Positions 1 to 10,975 of a stretch of DNA of 64,000 nt are shown here, in pieces. Each line of letters begins with the position of its first letter. Position 1 is the stretch's first letter. A program made the translations under genes and the position numbers. The notes beneath the pieces are model-generated. The model worked only from the letters and a program-made list of their open reading frames with translations, was not told the origin of the DNA and did no database searches. Source of the stretch: Felis catus (taxonomy: Eukaryota). The stretch covers positions 101,744,001-101,808,000 of the forward strand of contig NC_058368.1 of assembly GCF_018350175.1 (NCBI RefSeq), written 5' to 3'.

Positions 1-199
1 CAGTTGGGGAAGAAGAGGAGAAGCCTGGGTCGTGACTTGGCTTCCGAATTTCTAGCCTCTTCCTTCACAGGCTGTCAGACAGGAATACAGAGCTTCCTGC
101 CTGAGGCCCGACTGCTGAATTAGACTTTGGGGCAGGAACCTCCAACTGTCCCTTTAGATGAGAGCAGGTCCTGTTTTTCCTCCAGAGGTCGGACAAAGG

Positions 200-1300
200 A
201 GAAAAGCGCATTTCAGCTGGAGGCTTTGAAAGGCCGACAATGAGTGGAGAACAATGTGCGCCTCAGTTTATTGAGCCTCACTGAATGCCCTGGTGCTTCT
301 AGACTGTAACCTATACATCTGCCTGACTGGGGGGAGGGGCCGGGCGCTGCCACCGAGCGGAGGGATTAAGGCTGTAAAAATAGAGCCAGTGTGAGAGACT
401 TGGAGAGAGGGATGTTCGCAGTGACCCAGCTCAGCCACTTAGGCAGCTCTGCCACATTCCTCAGAACAAACAGCTATTACAGTCCGAGCGCACAAAGCCT
501 GTAGCAGGCCTGGTAATGACAAGCACTGTCAGCACGCTGTAATTAACACGGGGTGGTGTAATTTATAAGGAATGTACTATAGAGTGTAACGCCAATACGG
601 GGGTGGGGGGGCAGATATCTGCCGCTAGCCTGCAAAATCAAAAGTAGCCTCATCCCTTGATGCGAGCATCTTGCCTCCCAAAGGCGCTTTAATTTATTTC
701 ATAACTCACAAAAGCCTTTGTCACACCGAGTCACTTTGGGCGCGAGGCAGGAGGAAGCCTTGGAGGTGACCCTTCACCTCCCCTCCCCCTCCCATATTAA
801 TCAAGAAGGAAAGTCTCAGCAGACTGTCTTTACTGTACATAATTAAGCAGTTCTGAATGCTCAGTGAAACTCCAATGTGATGGCACCGAGCCTGGTAATA
901 TGACAGTTAATGGGATGAGACCAGCACTTACTCTCTTACTCTGCTTCTATAATAAGCAAAGGTTTTTTTTGTTGTTGTTGTTGCTTTCCAACTGAGGGCA
1001 GGAAGAGAAGGGCGCAGTCACAGAAGATGAAAACAATGACAACACGGGGTTCCTGGGCACCTCCGTCTGCCTTTTATGATTGTCTCCGAAAAGGAAAGTG
1101 CACCCTAACTGGAAGAAATTACCTCTTAATTATCCTTGTTCCGTGGCTGTGATAAGCAAAGGCTTTTACTTCTGCATAGCTGTGGATTGGTGGGAGAGCC
1201 ATTCCCAGAAAATAGCTCTAATGGGAAGGTTTATAGCTCTCTGCTCTTCTCTCTGCCTCCTGCAAGCCTGGAAGCTAGCTGAAATACCGCCTTAATCCTC
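200..1300. promoter_or_regulatory. Putative enhancer / conserved non-coding element block
   Basis: No recognisable repeat; clustered TAAT/TAATTA, TGACAG/CTGTCA and ACAAT motifs; CpGs retained. Conservation is inferred, not measured. Confidence 0.45.
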
Positions 1301-2549
1301 CTCCTTTGGTGATGAGGATGTTTAAGAAAATGATGTGTTATTGTGCTTTTAGAGGATGGTCCACATAAGTAGGTGTCCTGAAGGACCAGTTGCTAGGTCT
1401 GTGGCTTTCTTCTGCTGAAACCCCCCACCCCCTGCCCCACATCGCATCCCTTTCCTTCCCTTCAGGAAAGAAAGTGGGTAAAATTACCTCTGAAGCAAGA
1501 CAAATGCTGTGACAGAAATCAGTGGTTATTTTTAGCCGCATATCTTGGTTCGCAAATTAAAAATGCTCGTTGGCTCTGTCCGCGGAACAATGTGGTACCT
1601 AGCAAAACAAAATCGTGCTCTTCGTGCTGAAATGATCCTGCGGAAGAGAAAGCATATCACACACTCATCTGCGGGGCATCCGTGTGGCCCCGTACACTCT
1701 TGTGTTAGGAGACGTCCCTGGGATAAAGAGTAAAACCCAGTGCCCTAATTCAGCAGCCGTCCAAGTGACTACTCTGAATCACTTCCATGTGAGCATATGA
1801 GATGTACACGCCTAAGTGTGTCTGTAGAGAGATCCCGAAAAGGCTTGTCTTACTATTTGGGTTTCCAGAAAGGAAGCGGGGCGGTGGCCTGACAGACGAG
1901 GATTTGCAGAAAGCGGAGATTGGGGGTTTGGGGTTGTCTCTGAGGCTTTGCTGGCCTTCTGCGCTGCTTTTAGAAAGTGCTTGGATTTCCTGAAGAAGAA
2001 ATGATAAAGCCTTTCAGTGATTGGAGCCTTTCAAATGCAGGGAAGTCATCTGAAGGCCGCCTAACCAGCATCCGAAATTCTCTTGTTTTGGGGATTGTGT
2101 TGTAAGATTAGAGATTTAGAGATAGCATTTGGCTCCTCAAAGTGTTTTCTCCCAGTATGGTTGGGAATGCAGGTGTTTTGCTTGAGAAACTGGGGCCGGA
2201 AGCCGTGAGAACCCCTCTGCTTTGGAAAGGTAACAATTCGGAGAACTGAAAACCTTCGCTTCCTTTCCATAAGGCTGAACAGAAGCCCTTTCATTCCCAT
2301 CCATCATATTTTATTTTGGATGCAGAAACCTTTTAATTTCAGAAATCTCAGCATATGTTATCTTGCTCCAAAACAGCAAAGGGGGGCTTGAAATATATTC
2401 ATGCATTTCAAATGCTTGCTTTCCAAACAATATGTGTATTTCCACTCACGTGGCACGTATTTCGGCAATTTTGGACGTTTTTGTTTTCTTCTCCTTCATC
2501 TTCCCGTTGCTCTAAAGCGCGCGAGCACGAAGCACACGTAAAAAGAATT

Positions 2550-2930
2550 CAAGAGCATTTTGTAATTCGTGAAAGGTTAATTGCACTATTTATAGACCCC
2601 ACTGTAAAGCAAAAATCCTCAGCGTGACCCTCCGGGGCCCCCACGGTAATGGCGATGTCAGTGGAGCCCTGACCAGTCGTGAATTACTGTCTGTGATACT
2701 GAGAACACTGACAGTTCAATCACAGCACTGTTTCAATAGAGAACTCCATATATTTAAAGCGCTGATACTGTTTTCCCTCTAAATGACAGTCTTGACAGAT
2801 GGGCCAAAAGCACTGCAGACGTTTGAACAAGGAAATAGAGAGGGAGCCGCTGGAAGCTGGGCTTCATGCAGCCAGCCGAGAATGATGAATAGAGTGTGAT
2901 TGTGTCTGACAGGTAGTAATATAACTATTC
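2550..2930. promoter_or_regulatory. Putative enhancer with TALE-class (TGACAG) motif cluster
   Basis: TGACAG at 2709, 2784, 2793 and 2907 plus several TAAT cores in unique sequence. Confidence 0.4.
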
Positions 2931-3139
2931 ATTCACCACAGAACACCTGGAGCACACTCTATTAAATGGTACAAGATGGAGAGATTCTGTGACAAGAATA
3001 GGAAGCGTGGATCCCAGGCTGAGTTGAGGCCCCGCGATGGGAAAGGTCAGGGGGCAGCAAGAGAAACTGCCTCCGAGAAGCCTGTAATTAAATTATTTGC
3101 TTACCAAAGTGTTGCTAATGTTTCGCTAACATGTGGCCA

Positions 3140-3720
3140 GGAGCATTACTTCGGCGTGTCTGAACACTTGGAGTAAGAACGAGTTCCCCGGCTCTCCCTG
3201 GGACGCTCTCTCCCTCCTCGACAACCCCGGTTGTTTCTGAGCTCGTCTTTTTTCCCTCTCTTGCGGCTGGCCTGGCCGCTGCTCCAAGTAAGGGTGCAAG
3301 AAAACTTAAGGAAAGGTTGATGAGCGCAAGGGTCCTCATCGCGGTGAAATGATAAGGGATCTCCTCTCCGTTGACCCCGGTACAGTTGGGCTTGGTCCGG
3401 GGCCTGGAGGCCAGCCCGTGTCAACCACATGACGGGTGGACGTTCTCCTGGGTGCCAGGCGGGAGGGGCCGATCTAACAGAGGGAGAAGCCTGCAGTCTG
3501 CAAACGTTGCCTTTTGCCTCGTATGTCAGCGAGAACTGTGACTGTTTGCCCAGCAAAGGGGGAGGAGGGGCGGTGGGTTTCGAGGGAGTAGGACTGTTTT
3601 CGGAACACGGGACCTTTTCTGCAGCCTTCCAATGTGTCTACACCTGCCTTCGTATTAGTTTCTAAGGACCGGGTCTGACTGTCACATTCTGCGGGCTTTA
3701 TTCCCAGGAAGCATCGGATC
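3140..3720. promoter_or_regulatory. Small CpG-rich patch (weak/orphan CpG-island-like)
   Basis: About 18 CpGs counted by eye in 3181-3480, GC-rich, non-repetitive. Confidence 0.4.
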
Positions 3721-4849
3721 ACAAAACATGGTTGAGTAGACTCTCAAACTTGGCATTTTGACTTCTCTGTGAGCGTGCTACGTAATAAGACATGAATACA
3801 GAAGGAACGTAAAATGGCAGAGTTCAGATAGTGCTCTGCTTTGTAATGTGTGCCCGTGTGTGAGAGTATGGACCCACAGAATCTGCGATCAGAGCCCCCT
3901 TCATCAGCCTAGCTTGTTCCCAAGAGCCTTGAGAAAGCAAACCCTTGGTGGTGGCTCTTAACACGGGGGAATGTTCATCAACTGCCGCCTCCAATTAGTT
4001 TTGCTTGTCACTTTCCTTATTCACAGGATCCCATGATGGCCGGGAAGGCTAGAGCGTTGCCATCGCGTGCTATCTGGCGGGTCCCTCTGGGAGCGGAGAT
4101 GCTGGTCACTTTTGTCTTTGCACATTCCAGGCTCTCTTCTTGTCTTTGTGGCTGCTTTGGCTGGTATGATGATGACTCCGTGACAGCAGGGTCACTGCCT
4201 GCGTAGAAAGCTCTGGGCGCCCGACTTGACCATTGCAGATTTCCCTTTCTCATGAAAATCACATTTTTAAGAGGTGGAGTTCTCTTTCCCAGCCTACTGC
4301 AGTGTGAAAGCAGGGGTTTAACGCTCGGAGAAGGATTTTGCATGTGACCTTTCTGGGGAGCTAAGGAAAACAAGAAAACCAAGGCCTCTGAGAAGTCCCC
4401 GTCCCCCCAACCCCCAAAGCCCTTCTCTGTCCCTCCTTCACACCCTCGTTTTCCAACTGGTCTTGCTCAGCTATTTCCAAACGCCTTTGGTATTGATTTA
4501 TGGATATGTGTATTTCTGCATTTTCATCTGTATCTACACATCTGGATGTGTTTTATCTGACTCATCTCATGAAAGAATATTTAACAGCCGTGAGCTCTCT
4601 TCCAGGCTCCAAAGAATGACTTTTGGGAATTGGGCAAATGTGCAAAATCCTATTTGGCAAGTCTCTTAACAGACCCCAAATGAAAACTTAAAGTCTCTCT
4701 CTCTTTTTTTTTTTTTCCCCACCTCTCCCTGAGATTTCTCGTCCCTATTAGTCATCGTTGTGGGCATTTAATGCATAGACCTCTTCTAAGCATAAAACAA
4801 AACGTTTCTCCCAACCTTGCTTGACGGCCTTCTTTTTCAGTGAAGCCTG

Positions 4850-5660
4850 CCGCATTTACTAAATGGAGCACAGTCATTGTGTGGCCTTGTACCTAATGCC
4901 TATCCTTTTTCACTCAGTTGAGAGCCTGCACAATGCTTTGTGCTGCCAATAAGGGGAAAGAAACTGTTTTGCAAAATAAGCAAATTGGATTATCCAGTGT
5001 GTAAATAGGCACTCTGCCTCCCCACATCCACCCCCCATCCCGGTGTAAATCAGGAAAAGCAATTTACTTGTACAGAGAAAATCCACGCTGCTGCCCACAC
5101 CTCCCCCGTCTGGGCGAGCCCTGGGAGTTCATTATAGGTGAGGAAAAGGAATTTGTTAGCACCCATACAATGGGAGACAGTAATTAACTAATTTGCTTCC
5201 ATTTTTTGCAGTTTAAATATCGGTACCGTGAAAAACATTCTTTGGAATCACCCCAATTTTTTCATGTCGTATCGGTATTAAGACAATAAAATGAACAACC
5301 GGGTATCTCGATTCTTCAAGCTCCATTAGAGAAAAAAAGCGATATGCCAGTTTGCCCAATAATTTATAATTTGTAATTAGGAAGAGTCAGACTTGTATAG
5401 CGCAAAGACGACTTCCACTCGGTTTCTTTTGAGAAACAGTGGGTCAAGGTTGCCGTGGGGGTAAACCGGGCGTTATTTGAAATGAGAAGGCACGTCGCTT
5501 CCTTTGTGCCCCGAGGAACGTTGCTAATTTTCAAGCGCTGTTTTCGTCTTCCTAGAGTAAACCTGAAAGGTGGTCAAAAGTAATATTAGCAATGTAATTG
5601 TCTCGGACACCTTGCTGATTAGGGCTCCTTTAATCATTGTTAAGAAGGCAGAGTTGCAGA
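4850..5660. promoter_or_regulatory. Putative enhancer / CNE block (SOX + homeodomain motifs)
   Basis: ACAATGG at 5167 next to TAATTAACTAATTTG at 5181; CCAATAATTTATAATTTGTAATTAG at ~5356; TAATATTAGCAATGTAATTG at 5581. Confidence 0.4.
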
Positions 5661-6879
5661 ATAGCAGAGCTAGAAAGTTCACACTTGGTCCTGTTCTTCG
5701 TCTCAAGGAGAATGTGGCAGAGACCACAGTCCGAGCTTTGCCCGGTGGCTGGACCGTGAGTGGCCAGGTCTCCTCCTGTCTGTCGCGGGTCTGCTCTACT
5801 CCCTGCAGCGAGGAAGACATAAGGCATAAATACCACCCTGTTCAGAGAAATGTCGCCCAGAATCCTAGAGATGGTGCGGTGGAGGTGTGCAATGTTTGGT
5901 TAGGAGTTAGAGCAGGCATACGTAGACTCCGACTCCTGCTTCCTCACACCTGCTTCTTTCTTTAACCGTGTCACAGGTGGACGGTGGTTTTTTTTGGTCT
6001 TTCTTTTCTTCCGTTCTCTTAGTCTAGCTGTCGGTCCTGGGCAGCTAAACATAGAAAAACGAGAGGAAAAATGTTCGAAACTCTCTGAGGAGGAAAGCTA
6101 CGGTTTCTCAATGGGGATTCAAAAAAAAAAAAAAAAGAGAGAGAAAGAAAAAAAAGAAAAAAAACCAAACAAACAAGCTGGGGGAGCAGATGTCGAAAAC
6201 AGTACTCATCTTTGTGTTCTTATTTAGGGCACATGGCTGCCTTGTTGCAGAAATGAGCCCAGCCGCCTATCGCAGCTCTAACTGAGGATTATCTGTGCGG
6301 GGGACATTGCGAATGCTCCTTGGCCACCTCTGTCGTGGTGCGGGGCCTCGTGTTGGATGTTGGGAGCGTTGTTCATAAGCGCGGGTTGTCACCGGTGCCC
6401 ACAAAGTGGTGTTGGGTAGTACTCTGTGCACCGAGGGCAGCAGCCTGGGAAACAAACCACAGTGTCCCCAGGCAGAATGAAGTCAGGATTATAAAAACGA
6501 ACTGAGCAGACAGCCAATAAAAAGGCAAAGTCGCATCTTCCCATAGTTTTAATTTAGGGAGCCAAATGACAGGGGACAAACTAAGAAACCGAACACAACA
6601 GGCTTAATGAGGCATTTTGCGTAACACTGTATTTTAAAGTGCAAACGGCATGCTTGTAATGGAGAAAGAAAAAAAACTGGTGAAAGAAAGAAAAAAAAAA
6701 AACTAGCATTGTGCTAAAGGCTGCAGGTAAATATTAGGCTTGGAAATGGAAAAGCTACATTTTGGCCGAGTGTTACTGATGGGAATCTTCTCTGCAAGTG
6801 CCATTTTAGGACACGTCTACAGGATTTTTTTTTACGTACGACAGAGGCTTGCAGTCCCCGTGTCAGGATCCGCCTTGCT

Positions 6880-7570
6880 TGGGCATCAGACTTCAATTAG
6901 GTAATGACCATGGCAGGGAGTGACTAGCTGGGGAGTCATTCTTTCATCTTCCTCCGTACATGACACAGTGTGACGGGTGTTTCTGACGCTCCCTGCACAT
7001 TGAATTAGGTCATTGCCGCGTTTGTCGGCCTTTGAGAGAGTCTGTGCGTTTACATGTGATGATTTCACCACCCCTTTCTCTCCCCAGCCCGTCCTCTCAA
7101 ACAGCGTCTATTGTTCCAGAGCCCATATTGTAGGGGGATTGGAATTGATGTCCGTGGATTATAAGCGAGGGACACCACCGTAGTCCATAATCGGCTCATT
7201 AGCATTCTGCTCATGGGAGCCAGTGTGAGTACAATTTTCAATGGCCTAATGTGACAGGTAATCATAAATTAGTATTTGCTTTAAAACAACAGCACAGTAC
7301 CCAGCCTGCATGCTTAAGGAGAGTGACTCCGTGAGTGGCGCAGCTCTGTAATGAAGTGGGAACTCATTAAACAGATGCTCTGTACTTCACCGAGCTGCAG
7401 AGGCAGCAAACAAACCAAATGGAAACGTTGCAACGGCACACTGCAGTCACCCAGGACAAGTTCAGGTTCATTAGCCGTGGCACCCTCTACAGGAATTAGT
7501 CACAGTAATAATTAAATAGTTGCTTGCTAATTTATCATTTTACATTTGTGACTGCATTTGCATAATGTGT
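6880..7570. promoter_or_regulatory. Putative enhancer / CNE block (homeodomain-rich)
   Basis: Dense TAAT/ATTA motifs, e.g. CCTAATGTGACAGGTAATCATAAATTAG at ~7245 and TAATAATTAAAT at ~7507; no repeats. Confidence 0.45.
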
Positions 7571-9149
7571 TGTGTGGTTCCCCCCCCCCCCCCCCGGCAT
7601 CTCTAGTTGTATTAAAATGCCTTCATGTGTGGGTAAAACCTGAAAACTGCGGGATGGGGAAGAAAAAAAAAAGGACATCGGAAGTGGCATGTATTTGGTC
7701 GTTTGTTGGTGAGAACCTTGTTGTTGGCTTCTGATACAAGAGCTGGTGCCTCTGGGATAATATTGGCCTTGTGTCATTTTAATGGTCTGCACTTAGAAGG
7801 CCATCCTGGGAGGAGCTGAAGCCCCAGACTTGTCTTTAAGCATCTAGGTGGCGAGCTGGGTGACGTAGGAGCTCAGCAGCCAATATCGCTAAATTAACCT
7901 GCTGCCAGAGAGAGTTTGGCATGTAACTCTGTCATTTCAGTGCCCAAAAATAACAAAGCCGTGGAGGGAGACTTAATGCCAGGCAGAGGTCAGGAATAGC
8001 TTCTCCGTGGGTTCCCCGGGGCTGTTTGGGGATGATCTGTCCTTCTTGAGAAACGAAGTCATATGGTCTCTTTTATGTGGTTCAGAGCCACTGAAGGCCC
8101 ATGCAAAGGACTGCATTTGGCTAGTTAAGAGCCATTGAAGTTTTTAAAAGAGAACTACTAAAAACCATGGTAGTGTGCACTAAAATGTCCGTGAGGCCAC
8201 AGGATTCAGGGGCCGGGAGGGAGGCGGTTGCAGGGGGGTGGTTAGGGCTTGGGCGGGGTGGGGAGAGTGAAATCAAAGCTGGAAGGCTACTTCTTAGATA
8301 CTGTGGTTGTGTTTGGGTTGGTTGATGATGTGGTGATAAATAATTCAGTGGAACAACATGGAACAAGGACGATTTTTCAAGGTTTTAATTAATTATCCCT
8401 TATTGTTACCGATAGGAGGTCCCTTTGTAATGTAAAATAAATCACTGAACGCTTTCTTGGTATTTTCATTCTCTGCTTTCTCAGAAAACTTTGGTTTCAG
8501 TAGCGGCATATAAAGTGCGTTTTGGGAAGTGAGGGTGATTTCGAAACGCCAGGGCTCCGTGGACCCTGAGAGACAGAAACCAGTCCTGGCGCTAACCCCA
8601 AAGGCAATTTTCACCTCCTCACTTATGTTTGGTCAAAGGGGTGGTGCAGCCAGAGAGCATTTATTCCTTTGTCCTCTCTTCATCTGTGTTGTGGCCATTT
8701 GGAAACCTAATGTTTTTAGCAGCGCCAACCAATTAGGGATTCTGAGACGTGAGAGTCTTTGGATGAGCGTACGAGGGTAAAATCTCCCTTTTTGGTGGGC
8801 TGCAAAAGAAGGGGACGATGGTCGGAAAACACGAGTGGCCAATTAAACACGGAGATGTGTAAACTGAGGAGAGACGAGACGCACATTATGTTCATGACAG
8901 AACAAACAGGAAATGCAAACTGCCATTCAGTGTGTTGGCAAGGGCCATTAGAGCTTTCTCAAGAAATCAAAACATACGCCTGGTTGTAAAGAGCCTCAGA
9001 ATATGCATGCTGCCTTGTGTCGCTTCAGCAAATTTAGAGTAGTAGAACATTAATCTTGAAAAGATGGCAAATTCAGTATAGCGGTCATTCGAGCGTTTTA
9101 TCTGTCGAGTGGCATCGTCTCCTTCCAGAAATCGTCCTTCCTTTGTTTG

Positions 9150-9530
9150 GGCAGGATACGAGCAGATGGCTCCATGGCCTAAGCCCCAGGAGTGTGTATG
9201 CGCCTTCCGCTGGTCCCCAGAGGGTTCCATTCCTCAGGCCACAGTGATTGGCTCCCATACGGCCACGTGAACCAATTAGAGGCCAGTGAGAACCTTTCCT
9301 GAGGATTTGGCCAGACCTCAGCAAAGACGACTCCATTTCCTTGGGCACTGCAAGCTATAAAGTTTTAAGCTGCCACGGGCTAGCCTTGACACTGTCTAGC
9401 GAGAGCTTGTCTAGGAATGAATCCAACGTGAAGAAAAACCAAAAGGAGAGAACGAAGAGGGAGCCAATGTTTTCCCTTCTCGCGTAAGATATTTTGCGAC
9501 TGTCGTTGAGGACTTGTTACTGCAAACGTC
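9150..9530 (+). mobile_element. Old MaLR LTR (MLT1J/K-like)
   Basis: GGCCACAGTGATTGGCTC..CACGTGAACCAAT..GGCCAGTGAGA and GAGAGCTTGTCTAGGAATGAATCCAAC resemble the MLT1K consensus. Confidence 0.55.
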
Positions 9531-9799
9531 GTGAATAACACACTTACTCACACCTTCATTCTGTGTTGCTAACTAAGGCACAGTTGGTGGAAACGCATAG
9601 TCCATTCACTCGGAGCCCTGTTCCTTTTTCTCTTGGACCCGAAGGAACATATTTGAGACTAGTTCCGTGATCTCAGCGAGTCCTTGTAAGTAAGTCGCGA
9701 CTGTTGATACTATTAAAATTACTTAGTGTCAGAGTAATGAGTAAAAAGATCTATGGCCATACTAATGAAGATCTAACATCTGAAGAAGCACCCGCTTGG

Positions 9800-10260
9800 A
9801 TTCCTTTTCAGAAAACCCAATCTTCCCTGTCCGTAGCTCAAACTCCTCTTCAAACTGGCTTTTAGCCTCTTCAGCCTGTCTCCTTCTCCTTAACCTCTCA
9901 GTCTGATGAACTCAGCTCAAAGCTGTCTTCCTGAGGAAGACTTCCCCAACCCCCACAGCCTTTGGGGAGCCAATCCGGCCACTGTACGGCTCATCATTTC
10001 CTTTAGAGATCTGATGACACACTTGTTGCTTCACATGTTCTCCCACTGTGCTTATTTGACTCATGTGAGTTCCCTCTACCACTAGAATTCAGCGGGTGGA
10101 GGGCAATTATCGTATCGTTTTTCCCCGCCACTGTATCCCCAGACCTGAAATATACGCTGTGCAGATAAATCAGGGTTCATTTAATAACTATATACATACA
10201 GTTATACATATAGTTTTATACCTATTTATTCTATGAAACGAATAGTTATTAAATGAAGAG
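9800..10260 (+). mobile_element. L2 3' end fragment
   Basis: CTCAGCTCAAAGCTGTCTTCCTGAGGAAGACTTCCCC ... CACTAGA ... CACTGTATCCCCAG, typical of the L2 3' region. Confidence 0.6.
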
Positions 10261-10261
10261 T

Positions 10262-10975
10262 TGTGGTAGAAGAAGGAATAAAAACACCTTAAGTCTCTGT
10301 CCCTGGTCCCTGGCTCAGACTTGCTGAAACCTTTGGAATTTTCTGAGAAGTATCTTTGGTTGTTCATAAGGAGACATTTTTGATCACACCTGAGCTTACA
10401 CTAATGAGATGACTGAAGGTATGGTTCCTAGGTAGTTTCAGAATGGGGCTCATCACCCGAAGGCCTGAGTGATAAGAGAGATGGAACTTCTAGTCCCATC
10501 CACCTACCTGCAGGAGGTAAGGAGGGGATCTGGATTAAGATCTGGATTAAGCTCAAAAACTTTTGAGTGAGATTTTATGAGCTTCTGAATTGACGACCGC
10601 ATCCATGTATTGAAAGGGGTGGTGCATACATCTCCACAGAGATGGAAGTTCCTGGAGCTTTCCAGACCTCACGCTATGTACCTCTTCATCTGGTTCTTCA
10701 TTTGTGCCCTTTATTATAAACCAGTAAGCACAAGTAACGTGTCTTCCTGAGTTTTGTAGGCTGTTCTAGCCAAGTACTGAACTTGAGGACAGGGCCATGG
10801 GAACCCGACCAGTGTGTCGGAAGGTGGTCCTGGACTTGTGGGAGCAGCTTTGTGAGACTAATTCTTAACCATTTAAGTCTGCGCTCTGAGTAGTATCCTC
10901 ATGGAATTAAACTGTTAGATACCCTTTTGGGGTCCAAGAATTGAAGAATTGGCTGCTGTAAGAGAAGACACCCCC
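10262..10975 (+). mobile_element. Solo LTR, MER21-like
   Basis: TG start; GTCTCTGTCCCTGGTCCCTGGCTCAGA..GGAATTTTCTGAG..CACACCTGAGCTTACACTAATGAGATGACT resembles MER21; internal 12-bp tandem duplication GATCTGGATTAA x2 at 10527-10550. Confidence 0.75.

Noticed and set aside
2925..2965. Possible tiny L2 3' end (ATTCATTCACCACAGAACACCTGGAGCAC)
   Set aside because: Too short and degenerate to call
3115..5965. ORFs of 120-136 aa in the left domain (3146-3556, 4017-4382, 5570-5965)
   Set aside because: No recognisable domains, mostly non-ATG starts, overlapping on both strands; expected by chance in GC-richer DNA
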